64,000 bases of DNA. Origin: Pseudomonadota bacterium (GTDB lineage: Bacteria; Pseudomonadota; Alphaproteobacteria; Rhodobacterales; Rhodobacteraceae). Numbering within the stretch: position 1 is the first letter of the stretch; every line of letters starts with the position of its first letter. Shown here one piece after another: positions 25,705-35,556 of this stretch. Made by a program: the position numbers and the translations under genes. Below the pieces are notes generated by a model. That model had not been told where the DNA came from. It did not search any database and worked only from the letters and a program-made list of their open reading frames with translations. The DNA is taken from assembly GCA_039030855.1 (NCBI GenBank), contig JBCCDJ010000018.1, positions 12,031 through 76,030 on the forward strand. The letters run 5' to 3'.

Positions 25705-26970
25705 ATGGTTCAGCGCACAGCGCCCGTCATCCGTCATTTTTTGCAAAGGCCCCGTCCGGCTATCAGAGGACGCGGCATTCTCGGGCGTATCGCCGCCATG
25801 TGCGCCATCGTCGCCATTGCCGCCTGTTCCAGCCAGACCGCCGGGCGCGGCGGCGCAGCGGACCCGGCCACTGGCGGCAATACTGCAGGTGCGACCGGTA
25901 CAGCGGCGACGGTCGATCCGAATGCCCCGGTCATCGTTGCCTTGTTGGCACCGACGACGGCGTCCTCGGGCGGTGCCCGGCGTGCGGCGCAGGATCTTGT
26001 GGCTGCCGCGCAGATGGCGCGATCCGACCTTGCACCCGCCAATATGGTGATGAAGGTCTATGATACACGCGGCACTGATGCCGGTGCGGTCGAGGCGGCG
26101 GAGCATGCTGTCCGGGACGGGGCGGCATTGATGCTCGGACCGCTCTTTGCGCGATCAGCGCAGGCGGTCAAACCCATTGCGCGCGCGGCGGGTCTGAATG
26201 TCATGGCGTTCTCGAATGACAGTACGGTTGCAGGCGACAATATCTGGGTTCTGGGCCAGCTACCGGGTGATGAGATGCGCCGTCTTTTGGCCTATGCCGG
26301 ATCACGGGGCATCGGCTCCGTCGCGCTGGCTTATCCGACGGATCGCTATGGCAATCAGGTCGCATCCCTTGCCCCTGAAGTTGGTCGCGACGTTGGTGTC
26401 GGCGTCGGTCCGTTCATCGGATATGAGAGATCTTTCAATGGGATCGAGACTGCCAGTCAGGATGGCGCACGCGCCGTTCGTGACAGTGGCGCGGGTGGTG
26501 TGTTGATTGCGGATGCGGGCGATGCGCTGCGCTCCATGGCGGCATTCCTGTCCTATTACGACGTCTCGCCGCGACAGGTGCAGTATATGGGCCTCTCGCG
26601 CTGGGCCGACCCGAAGAACGCGACTGAACGTACGCTGCGCGGCGGCTGGTATGTCGCCCCCGATCCTGCGCTCCGCTCGTCTTTCGGTCAGCGCTTTGCC
26701 TCGCAGATGGGTCGCCAACCTGCACCGCTTGCGGCGATCGGGTATGACGCGGTTGCGGCTGCGTCCTCCCTGCTGCGGTCAGCGCAGGCCAGTGGCGACC
26801 AGCCATTTGATCGGCGAGCGATCGCCGGCGGGGTGTCGGTGCGTGGCGCGCAGGGGCCGTTTCGCCTGACCGCGGATGGCCTTAACCAGCGCAGCCTTGC
26901 GGTCATCACCGTCTCGGATGGTGTTGACGAGGTGATCGATCCCGCGCCCAGCGGCGCGCCTTCCTCCTGA
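25705..26970 (+). CDS. LpoA-like penicillin-binding protein activator lipoprotein (type-1 periplasmic binding fold)
   Basis: 421 aa from ATG 25705, with GGAGGG at 25693-25698. It has lipobox IAACS and a Leu/Ile/Val-binding-like domain. It is divergent from rsmI, as lpoA is in E. coli. Confidence 0.7.
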   Translation: MVQRTAPVIRHFLQRPRPAIRGRGILGRIAAMCAIVAIAACSSQTAGRGGAADPATGGNTAGATGTAATVDPNAPVIVALLAPTTASSGGARRAAQDLVAAAQMARSDLAPANMVMKVYDTRGTDAGAVEAAEHAVRDGAALMLGPLFARSAQAVKPIARAAGLNVMAFSNDSTVAGDNIWVLGQLPGDEMRRLLAYAGSRGIGSVALAYPTDRYGNQVASLAPEVGRDVGVGVGPFIGYERSFNGIETASQDGARAVRDSGAGGVLIADAGDALRSMAAFLSYYDVSPRQVQYMGLSRWADPKNATERTLRGGWYVAPDPALRSSFGQRFASQMGRQPAPLAAIGYDAVAAASSLLRSAQASGDQPFDRRAIAGGVSVRGAQGPFRLTADGLNQRSLAVITVSDGVDEVIDPAPSGAPSS

Positions 26971-26999
26971 GCCGCGCGAGCCAGAAAAGAGAGCATCCC

Positions 27000-29792
27000 A
27001 TGGATGGTCCATCTGATACGGGGGTTGAGGCGGCCGGGCCAGAGGCGGTGCCTGCGCAGCCACTGAAATGTCCAACCCCGGCGGAGTTGGCAGCGTCGCT
27101 GGACGAGGCGGCGAAGGCCGATGACCCGCGCGCGGCGGCGGTGGCTGTTCTGGCCGATGCGTTGAACCGGGGCCGGGCTGCCGCGACCCGGCTTCTGGGC
27201 CGTGGGCGTGATTCGGGCCCACGCGTGGCACATGAGTTGACGGAGGTTGCCGATCTCGTTGTGCGCGGTGCCCTCGACTATGTCACGACGGTTCTGCACC
27301 CCAACGCATCGCCCAGCACCGGCGAACGGATGGCCGTGATTGCGCTTGGCGGCTATGGGCGCGGGGAGATGGCACCGTTCTCCGATGTCGATCTCCTCTT
27401 TCTGACCCCCTACAAGCAGACCGCATGGGGCGAGACAGTGATCGAGGCCGTGCTCTATATCCTCTGGGATCTGAAGCTGAAAGTCGGACAGTCGGTCAGG
27501 TCCATATCCGAGACGCTGCGCCTCGCCCGCGATGACTTCACGATTCGCACATCGGTGCTGGAGACCCGGTACATCTGGGGTGATGAGGCCCTGGTGGAGA
27601 ACATGGACAAGGCGCTGCGAAAGGAGCTGTTCCAATCCACCGGGTCGGAATTTGTCGAGGCAAAACTGGCCGAGCGTGATGCCCGCCACGCCCGCCATGG
27701 CGGATCGCGCTATATGGTGGAGCCGAACATCAAGGAAGGCAAAGGGGGTCTGCGTGATCTGCAGACGCTCTTCTGGATCGCGAAATACATCTATGACGCT
27801 GACGAAGTTGCGGCCCTGATCGAGAAGGATGTTCTGACAGCGGATGAGGCGGAGATATTCGCTTCTGCTGAAAGCTTCCTCTGGACCGTACGCTGTCATC
27901 TCCATGATGCGGCGGGGCGCGCGCAGGAACAGCTGACATTCGACTATCAGATTGAGATCGCCCGCCGGCTTGGCTTCGCCGATCAGGGGGGGCGGCGCGG
28001 TGTGGAGATCTTCATGCAGCGCTATTTCCGCCATGCGAAGGATGTGGGTGACCTGACCCGCTTTTTCTGCGCAGCTCTTGAGGCGGATCAGAAGAAGAGC
28101 CGCCCGGTCCTCGGCCCGATCCTGCGCGCGCTCAGCTTCGGGGCAACGCGGAAGGAGGAAAAGGGCCTCTTCATCCGCGATGGCCGCATTGATGTGGGTG
28201 ATGAGGTCTGGTTCGACGAGGACAAGCTGAACATTCTGAGGTTATTTGAGGAAGGTCTGCGCACAGGTGCCCTCATTCACCCCAATGCCCATCGGATGGT
28301 CGCGCGCAAGCTGGATCTGATTGATGACGAGATGCGTCATGACCCGACTGCGAACGCGAAATTCCTGGGCCTTCTGGTCGATAGCGGTGATCCGGAGCGG
28401 GCGTTGCGGCGGATGAACGAGACCGGCGTCCTGGGGGCCTTTGTGCCGGAATTCGACCGCATCGTCTCGATGATGCAGTTCAATATGTATCATTCCTACA
28501 CGGTGGACGAGCATACGATCTATGCCATCGGATCGCTGAACCGCCTGATCGGCGGGGAGTTGATCGAGGATCTTCCGATCGCGACCGAGATCATCAAGAA
28601 GGGTGTCGATCTGACCGTCCTCTATCTAGCGCTCTTTTTCCATGACATCGGCAAGGGATCGCCGAGCCCGCATGAGGAAGTCGGGGCGGAGATCGCAGCC
28701 CGCGTCTGTCCGCGTCTTGGCCTGTCGGAGGGGCAGACCGAGATGGTCGAATGGTTGGTGCGCCACCACCTGATCATGTCCGACATCGCGCAAAAACGCG
28801 ACATTTCGGACCCCGCGACCGTGCGAGCCTTTGCCGACGAGGTTCGTTCGGTTGAACGCCTGAAGCTGCTGCTGGTCCTGACGGCACTCGATATCCGCGC
28901 TGTGGGGCCCAATGTATGGAATAACTGGAAGGCACAGCTTCTGCGCTCCCTCTATTCGGAGACGATGAGCGTGCTGGCGGTCGGCAACGAAGTGTTGAGC
29001 CGCGCTGACCGCGTGGAGGAGGCCAAGGAGGCCCTGCGCGCACGCCTGTCCGGCTGGCCGGAGGCGGAGCGCGAGACGTGGATCGCCAATCAGTATGCGC
29101 CATTCTGGATCGGCTTCGATGTGGATGCGCATGAGCGTCTTGCCGAAATGGGCCGCACCGCAAAGCCGGAGAACGTCAATTCCCGGTTCGACAGCGATCC
29201 CGACCGCGATGCGACGCGCTGTTGCTTCTACATCGCCGATCATCCGGGTCTGTTCAGCCGGATCTCGGGCGCATTGGCCCTAGCCGGGGCATCAATCAAG
29301 GATGCGCGGACCTTTACGTCCTCGGACGGGATGGCGACGGCCGTGTTCTGGATGCAAAATCGGGAGGGAGAGGCGTTCGACCCCAGCCGTCATGAACGCC
29401 TGAAGGCATCGATCCACAGGGCGCTGCGCGGTGACTATGTCGCACGGGAGGCGCTGAAGCCCAAGCGCGGGCTGAAGCGCCGCGAGCGTCCGTTCGATGT
29501 GCCGACCACCATCACATTCGATAATGAAAGTTCGGACAACTACACCGTGATTGAGGTCGATACCCGCGACAGGATCGGTCTTTTGCACGACCTGACGAGG
29601 GTTCTGGCGGCGTCCAGCATCAATATCTCGTCCGCCGTCATCACGACCTATGGCGAACAGGCCGTCGACAGTTTTTATGTGAAGGATCTTTTCGGCTTCA
29701 AGATCCGCGCGGCATCGAAACAGCAGGCCATCGAGAAGAAACTGCGCGCAGCGATCCGCCGTGCCGCCGACGAGGCGGAGGAGGGGCAATGA
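27000..29792 (+). CDS. glnD: Bifunctional [protein-PII] uridylyltransferase/uridylyl-removing enzyme GlnD
   Basis: 930 aa with a nucleotidyltransferase motif (GGYGRGEMAPFSDVDLLFL), an HD domain (FFHDIGKG) and two C-terminal ACT-like domains. Confidence 0.93.
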   Translation: MDGPSDTGVEAAGPEAVPAQPLKCPTPAELAASLDEAAKADDPRAAAVAVLADALNRGRAAATRLLGRGRDSGPRVAHELTEVADLVVRGALDYVTTVLHPNASPSTGERMAVIALGGYGRGEMAPFSDVDLLFLTPYKQTAWGETVIEAVLYILWDLKLKVGQSVRSISETLRLARDDFTIRTSVLETRYIWGDEALVENMDKALRKELFQSTGSEFVEAKLAERDARHARHGGSRYMVEPNIKEGKGGLRDLQTLFWIAKYIYDADEVAALIEKDVLTADEAEIFASAESFLWTVRCHLHDAAGRAQEQLTFDYQIEIARRLGFADQGGRRGVEIFMQRYFRHAKDVGDLTRFFCAALEADQKKSRPVLGPILRALSFGATRKEEKGLFIRDGRIDVGDEVWFDEDKLNILRLFEEGLRTGALIHPNAHRMVARKLDLIDDEMRHDPTANAKFLGLLVDSGDPERALRRMNETGVLGAFVPEFDRIVSMMQFNMYHSYTVDEHTIYAIGSLNRLIGGELIEDLPIATEIIKKGVDLTVLYLALFFHDIGKGSPSPHEEVGAEIAARVCPRLGLSEGQTEMVEWLVRHHLIMSDIAQKRDISDPATVRAFADEVRSVERLKLLLVLTALDIRAVGPNVWNNWKAQLLRSLYSETMSVLAVGNEVLSRADRVEEAKEALRARLSGWPEAERETWIANQYAPFWIGFDVDAHERLAEMGRTAKPENVNSRFDSDPDRDATRCCFYIADHPGLFSRISGALALAGASIKDARTFTSSDGMATAVFWMQNREGEAFDPSRHERLKASIHRALRGDYVAREALKPKRGLKRRERPFDVPTTITFDNESSDNYTVIEVDTRDRIGLLHDLTRVLAASSINISSAVITTYGEQAVDSFYVKDLFGFKIRAASKQQAIEKKLRAAIRRAADEAEEGQ

Positions 29793-30133
29793 ACTGGATC
29801 GCGGTCGCCGGTCCCTATCGTTCCGGCGGGGCGGATGCGGAGCAGCAAGCCGCCAATCTGAAGGCGATGAACGAGGTCGCCTTGCATCTGTTCGACAAGG
29901 GCTGGGTGCCCGTGATCGGCGTTAACATGGCGCTGCCGCTGATCGCGGTGGCTGGTGAAAGCCGCTATGGGGAGATCATGCAGCCCCTATCGAATGCCCT
30001 CGTCAGCCGCTGCGACGCGATCCTGCGGATCGGCGGGCCTTCGGTCGGGGCGGATGCCGAGGTTGCGCTGCTCGAACAGAAGGGCGCGCCGGTTTATCAT
30101 CGGCTGGAAGACGTACCGCCAGCCGCCCCATGA
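29789..30133 (+). CDS. Small hypothetical protein, nucleoside 2-deoxyribosyltransferase-like / DUF4406- or DUF1937-like (tentative)
   Basis: 114 aa with ATGA overlaps to the glnD stop and the murJ start. The pattern IAVAGPYRSG ... GWVPVIG ... RCDAILRIGGPSVGADAEVALLEQKGAPVY resembles small Rossmann-like NDT-fold proteins. This is an assignment by eye only. Confidence 0.6.
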   Translation: MNWIAVAGPYRSGGADAEQQAANLKAMNEVALHLFDKGWVPVIGVNMALPLIAVAGESRYGEIMQPLSNALVSRCDAILRIGGPSVGADAEVALLEQKGAPVYHRLEDVPPAAP

Positions 30134-31677
30134 ACGCACGCCCGATCCGCATGCTGCGCGCCTTCGCGACGGTCGGGGGCTGGACCATGGGCAGCCGTGT
30201 TCTCGGCTTCATCCGCGATGTGATGATTGCCGGGCTTCTCGGCGCAGGGCCGGTGGCGGAGGCGTTTTTCGTGGCCTTCCGCCTGCCCAACATGTTTCGC
30301 CGGTTCTTTGCCGAGGGTGCCTTCAACATGGCCTTCATCCCGCTTTTCGCCAAACGGCTGGAGGGGGGCGAGGATGCCAAGGGCTTTGCGGAGGAGGCAT
30401 TGGCAGGTCTGCTCTCCGTCCTTCTGATCCTCTCAGCGGCGGCGATTATCTTCATGCCTGCGCTGATGTTCGCGCTTGCCGCCGGGTTCGCCGATGATGC
30501 TGCAAAATTTGACCTGGCTGTGTTCTATGGGCGCATCCAGTTTCCCTATCTCCTCTGCATGTCACTGACGGCGCTGTTTTCGGGCGTCCTGAATGCGTTG
30601 GGCCGGTTCGCCGCGCCCGCTGCCGCGCCGGTCCTATTGAACGTCATCCTGATCGGCGCGATGGCGCTTGCCTTCGGCCTCGCGTTCCCGGTGGGGGATG
30701 CGCTGGCCTTTGGCGTTTTGCTTGCCGGGTTTGCGCAGGTTGCGCTGGTGGCCTGGGCTTGCCGCGCGGCGGGGATGGGCCTGCGGCTCCGCCGTCCGCG
30801 CTGGACGCCAGCTATGCGCCGCCTCGTGCAGCTTGGTGTGCCGGGGGCGCTGGCGGGCGGGGTGACGCAGGTCAATCTTCTGATCGGGACAGTGATTGCC
30901 AGCTTTTACACCGGGGCGGTGGCGTGGCTGTCCTATGCGGACCGCATCTATCAATTGCCGCTTGGCGTTGTCGGGGTGGCCATCGGCGTGGTCCTGTTGC
31001 CCGAGTTGTCGCGCCGGGTGCGGGCCGGTGATCATGCTGGCGCGCGCGATGCGTTCAACAGGGCGGCGGAGTTTTCCATGGCGCTGACGCTGCCCGCAGC
31101 GACGGCGCTGATCGCCATACCGGGCGCGCTGACTTCGGTGCTGTTCGCGCGCGGGGCCTTCAGCGCCGAGGACGCCGCCGCCGTGGCCATCGCGGTCGCG
31201 ATCTTCGCTGTCGGCCTGCCCGCCTTCGTGCTGCAAAAGGTGCTGCAGCCTGCCTATTTCGCCCGCGAGGATACGGTTTCTCCGCTGAAATTCGCGGTCG
31301 CCTCCATGCTGCTGAATACAGTGATTTCGATTGGCGGCGCGGCGCTTTACGGCTGGATCGCAATTCCCGTGGGCACGGCGCTTGCGGGATGGCTGAACGT
31401 CGCGCTCCTGTGGCGCGGGGCAGGGGCGTTCGGGGATGCGGTCACGCCCGATGCGCGGCTCCGCCAGCGCCTGCCGCGTTTGCTGGTCGCGGCGGCCTCG
31501 ATGGGTGCGCTGGTCTGGTTTGCGGGGCAGGGCGCTGCTGATCTGCTGACCGCACCCGGCCTGCGCTATGCGGCGCTTGCCGGGTTGGTGATTGCGGGCG
31601 CGGTCAGCTACGCTGTTCTGGCCATCGCGCTCGGCGGGGCGAAGCCATCGGACCTCAGGGCTGGCTTGCGGCGCTAA
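30130..31677 (+). CDS. murJ: Lipid II flippase MurJ (MviN)
   Basis: 515 aa polytopic protein. It has the signature GSRVLGFIRDVMIAGLLGAGPVAEAFFVAFRLPNMFRRFFAEGAFNMAFIPLF. Confidence 0.93.
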   Translation: MNARPIRMLRAFATVGGWTMGSRVLGFIRDVMIAGLLGAGPVAEAFFVAFRLPNMFRRFFAEGAFNMAFIPLFAKRLEGGEDAKGFAEEALAGLLSVLLILSAAAIIFMPALMFALAAGFADDAAKFDLAVFYGRIQFPYLLCMSLTALFSGVLNALGRFAAPAAAPVLLNVILIGAMALAFGLAFPVGDALAFGVLLAGFAQVALVAWACRAAGMGLRLRRPRWTPAMRRLVQLGVPGALAGGVTQVNLLIGTVIASFYTGAVAWLSYADRIYQLPLGVVGVAIGVVLLPELSRRVRAGDHAGARDAFNRAAEFSMALTLPAATALIAIPGALTSVLFARGAFSAEDAAAVAIAVAIFAVGLPAFVLQKVLQPAYFAREDTVSPLKFAVASMLLNTVISIGGAALYGWIAIPVGTALAGWLNVALLWRGAGAFGDAVTPDARLRQRLPRLLVAAASMGALVWFAGQGAADLLTAPGLRYAALAGLVIAGAVSYAVLAIALGGAKPSDLRAGLRR

Positions 31678-33929
31678 CCGCCCTTGCGCCTTGCTTTCTT
31701 GGCCGCCTTGATCTTGCGCGCCTTGGCCTGCCCCAGCTTGCGGCGCGGCGTGCCCTTGCGCCCGCCAGCGGCGCGGGTCGGTTTGCCGAAGCCTTCAACC
31801 TCCAACACCTCGAACAAAAGCCCGCCTGTCAGGGGCGTCGCCTCCTTCAGGCGCACGCGGGCGCGGGCCCCGGCCATGATGGTCTTGCCGGATTTCTCCC
31901 CGATCAGCGCCATGCGGGTCTCATCGAAACGGAAATATTCCGACCCGAGGGATGAGACCGGTACCAGCCCGTCGGCACCTGTCTCGTCCAGTTTCACGAA
32001 GAGGCCGAACCGCGCGATGCCGGAAACGCGGCCCTCGAATTCCGCCCCGATCTGGTCGCTCAGATATGTCGAGAGATAGCGATCCGTCGTGTCACGCTCC
32101 GCCAGCATGGAGCGGCGCTCGGTCGACGATATATGCTCTGCCGTCTCTTTCAACATCGCCTCTTCCTCGGCGCTCTGCCCATCCTTGCCCCAGCCATGGG
32201 CCGCGATCAGGGCGCGATGGACGACGAGGTCAGCATAGCGCCGGATTGGCGAGGTGAAATGCGCGTAAGACCGCAGCGCGAGGCCGAAATGGCTGAAATT
32301 GTCTGGGCTGTAATAGGCCTGCGTCTGGGCGCGCAGGACGGAGAGGTTGATCAGTTCCGCCTCGGGCGTGCCCGCCGCCGCGTTCAGCAGCGCGTTGAGG
32401 TGCTTGGTCATCAGAACCTGCCCCTTGGCAAGGTTGAAGCCCGCTTCCTCCACCTGCTCGCGCAGGGCGTCCATTTTCAGCGGGTTGGGCTCTTCATGCA
32501 CGCGGTAGAGAAAGGCGCGCTTCCTACGCTCCAGCGTCTCGGCGGCGGCGACATTGGCGAGGATCATGAATTCCTCGATCAACTGGTGCGCTGCCAGCCG
32601 CTCGCGGTATTTCACCGAGGTGACCACGCCTTCGGGGCTGAGCTCGATCCGCCGCTCCGGCAGGTCGAGCGCGAGGGGCTGGCGACGGTCACGCGCCGAT
32701 GCGGCGGCGGCATAGGCCGCGTAGAGCGGCTTCAGGACAGGCTCCAGCAGGGGGCCCGTTACCTCGTCCGTTTGTCCGTCAATCGCGGCTTGCGCCTGTT
32801 CATAGGTCAGCGAGGCGGGGGAGCGCATCATGCCGCGATGAAAGCTGTGGGAGGCGAGGTCACCGTCGGGCGTCAGCACAAGACGCACCGCGATGCAGGG
32901 CCGCTCCACCCCTTCGTGGAGGGAGCAGAGATCGCCAGACAACGCCTCCGGCAGCATCGGCACGACCCGGTCGGGGAAGTAGGTGGAGTTGCCGCGCTTG
33001 CGCGCCTCGCGATCCAGCGCCGATCCGGGCGTGACATAATGGGCGACATCGGCGATGGCCACCCAGACGGCCCAGCCTCCTCCATTGGCGGGGTCATCAT
33101 CGGGCAGGGCGCAGACCGCGTCGTCATGGTCGCGCGCGTCAGCCGGATCGATGGTGACCAGCGGTAGATCGCGCAGATCCTCGCGCCCCTTGAGGCCCCG
33201 GACCGGTTTGGCCTTCTCGCCAGCCTCAACCACGGCATTGGGAAAGGCATTGGGGATGTCATGGGTGTGGATCGCGATCAGCGAGACGGAGCGCGCCGCG
33301 CCCGGATCACCGAGCCGTTCGGCCACCTGCGCCCGCCGCAGGCCGTATTTCGGGCCGGGGAGGGTTTCAACCTCCACCAGTTCGCCATCCACCGCATCGC
33401 CCGCGTCGACGATGATCATCTCGTCCTGTTTGCGATCCACCGGGATGAGGCGCCCGCCTGAGCCCTCGGCCCGAAAGACCCCGAGTGCGCGTTTGGCCGA
33501 TGCCGCGATCTTCTTGATCAGGCGGGCTTCAAACGCGCCGTCCTCCGTTGAGGATGGGATCAGCTTGGCCAGCAGCCGGTCGCCCTTGCCCAGGGCGGGA
33601 TCGCCCTTCTTCTCGGTGATCAGGATGCGCGGGGGCGCGGTTTCGTCCTCCCATGCCTGCGGCGTCGCCATCAGATCACCGTCATCGCTGGGGCCGGTGA
33701 CCACGATCATGCCCACGGGCGGCAACCCGCCTTCGCCGCGATAGGCGCGGCGACCGGATTTTTTCAGCTCACCTGATTGCTGCATCTCGCGGATCAACTG
33801 CTTGAAAGGTACGCGTGCCGCGCCCTTGATCCCAAAGGCGCGCCCGATATCACGCTTGGACGCCTTGCCAGGGTTTTCGCGCACCCATTCGAGAATGTCT
33901 GCTTTTGACGGAAGTTCGATCATGCGCAC
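31674..33929 (-). CDS. rnr: Ribonuclease R
   Basis: 751 aa with RNB-domain blocks (DPADARDHDDAV, STYFPDRVVPMLPEALS), an S1-like C-region and a Lys/Arg-rich tail. Its stop codon (31674-31676) shares 2 nt with the convergent murJ stop codon (31675-31677); the two annotated CDS spans overlap by 4 nt (31674-31677). Confidence 0.93.
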   Translation of the reverse strand: MRMIELPSKADILEWVRENPGKASKRDIGRAFGIKGAARVPFKQLIREMQQSGELKKSGRRAYRGEGGLPPVGMIVVTGPSDDGDLMATPQAWEDETAPPRILITEKKGDPALGKGDRLLAKLIPSSTEDGAFEARLIKKIAASAKRALGVFRAEGSGGRLIPVDRKQDEMIIVDAGDAVDGELVEVETLPGPKYGLRRAQVAERLGDPGAARSVSLIAIHTHDIPNAFPNAVVEAGEKAKPVRGLKGREDLRDLPLVTIDPADARDHDDAVCALPDDDPANGGGWAVWVAIADVAHYVTPGSALDREARKRGNSTYFPDRVVPMLPEALSGDLCSLHEGVERPCIAVRLVLTPDGDLASHSFHRGMMRSPASLTYEQAQAAIDGQTDEVTGPLLEPVLKPLYAAYAAAASARDRRQPLALDLPERRIELSPEGVVTSVKYRERLAAHQLIEEFMILANVAAAETLERRKRAFLYRVHEEPNPLKMDALREQVEEAGFNLAKGQVLMTKHLNALLNAAAGTPEAELINLSVLRAQTQAYYSPDNFSHFGLALRSYAHFTSPIRRYADLVVHRALIAAHGWGKDGQSAEEEAMLKETAEHISSTERRSMLAERDTTDRYLSTYLSDQIGAEFEGRVSGIARFGLFVKLDETGADGLVPVSSLGSEYFRFDETRMALIGEKSGKTIMAGARARVRLKEATPLTGGLLFEVLEVEGFGKPTRAAGGRKGTPRRKLGQAKARKIKAAKKARRKGG

Positions 33930-34038
33930 CCTATGGACGAGCCGCAGCGCTGCGTCCAGTGCGGCCCGTTGGCGTTCTGATATCCGAAGGCGGGCCAGTG
34001 CGCAGGCTTAAAGCAATCTTCAACATTGCCGGGTTTCT

Positions 34039-35556
34039 ATGTCAGAGCGGTACTACAGAGGCCGGAACAGCGGCGCAATTACATGGGGAGCGGTGAACGC
34101 CGTGGTCATCGACCCGAAATCCGTGGTCCTTTTTGCTGGCGCGACGGTTTTGATTGCGCTCCTGCTCGGCATTGTACGGGCGCGCAAGCGGCGGCGCGAG
34201 CCAGCCTATCGATGGTTGGTCATGGGCAATGTAACGCTGCTTCTGGCGGTCATTGCGCGTTTTTCGCGGCCGGTCATTGGGTTTGAGTTTGGCGCGCTTC
34301 TGTCATTGCTGGTGCCTATATTGGCATCTGTTGCGCCATTTTCGCGGTGCTGAGCGCCGAGAACCTGCCGCTTCCGATCCGGCCACTTGTCGGCATTGGC
34401 ATCTCGGCGATGGTCGTACAGGTGGTCATTACCTATGTCTTTCAGTCGGTTGACGTACTGATGGGGTCCAGCTCCATCGTCAATGGTGCGGTGGCCTGCT
34501 GGATGTCGGTCGTGGTCTGGCGGCACCTGCGTCCCTATGGCTGGCGCATCGCGATGTTGATGACCTTGCCGTTCTCCGCAGTGGCTTTCGGTTACCTATT
34601 GCGACTGGCCGCGCTGGTCGCGGTGCCGGATACGGCGCTGCTCCTCTTTGCGGCGGTGCTGATTGTAACCCTCCTCGCCTGGGCCTCGATTGTGCTGGAA
34701 CTGGGCTTCGTGGCCCTGAAGGAGCGTCAGACCAGCAGGGCGCTGGAGGTGGCTTTGCGTCAGGCGGATGCGTCAGCGCAGGCGCGAACGCGGTTTCTCT
34801 TTGGCGTCAGTCATCAGTTGCGCACGCCGCTGTATGGCATTCTCGGGCTGTCGGAACTGATGCGTTCAGATGCCGTCGATGCGGTGTCGGATGCGCATCG
34901 CCCCTATGTCAGGGCATTCACACTAACGGTCTCGCGCTGAACGATCTGGTGGTTGATTTGCTTGACATTGCAGCCATCGAAGCCGGGGCGATCGAGATCG
35001 AGAGCGAGGCGCTCGACCTAGGGGGCTTTGTGAAGAAGTCAGGAGCAAATTTGCCGGACCGGCGCAGGCGCTGGGCCTCGAGATCACGCTTCATGCGGAG
35101 GTCGATGGCCCCGCGCTTATCTCCGGCGATATGGTCCGCGCCCGGCGCATGCTGGTCAATGTCGTTGATAATGCGGTGAAATACGCGGCGCTGCATGGTC
35201 GGATCGATATCGTTCTGCGTGGGCGTAGTGAAGAATCGGGATATGAAATCATCATTTCTGATGACGGGCCCGGCATTGCCGCTGATGATATAGCTGTGGC
35301 GCTGGAGCTTTTTGGCAGGGTAGGCGGCGTGGATGATCCCTTTGCAGAACCGGGGATCGGCCTGACCATCGCTGCCAATATCGCGGCGGCCCATGAGGGT
35401 CGCCTGTCCATCAATTCAGTGCCCGGCCATGGCACGAATGTGGTAATCGCTCTGCCGGCCGAACCCGCGGCATCTGTCGCCGCGCTTCAGGAGAGGGTCG
35501 CGGCGCAGTCCGGCACCGGGCTGATGAACGGCAATCAGTCGACCAGTGCCGCATAG
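34039..35556 (+). pseudogene. Multi-TM sensor histidine kinase disrupted by at least two frameshifts
   Basis: The HisKA H-box (RTRFLFGVSHQLRTPLYGILGLSELMRS) is in frame 3 and ends at the stop at 34938-34940. The DHp continuation (NGLALNDLVVDLLDIAAIEAGAIEIESEALDLGGFV) is in frame 2. The HATPase_c region (SKFAGPAQALGLEITLH ... VVDNAVKYA ... DDGPGI ... GIGLTIA) is in frame 1. The shifts lie near 34912-34916 and 35030-35040. The upstream 104-aa TM-rich ORF (34039-34353, frame 1) may be a third fragment or a separate small gene. Confidence 0.6.

Noticed and set aside
26688-28034. 448-aa minus-strand ORF
   Set aside because: It is antisense to the 3' end of the LpoA-like gene and the 5' third of glnD. 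It has no motifs and no SD.
32133-33167. 344-aa plus-strand ORF, and the neighbouring plus-strand ORFs at 31684-33744
   Set aside because: They are antisense to rnr (RNase R), which has clear RNB motifs.
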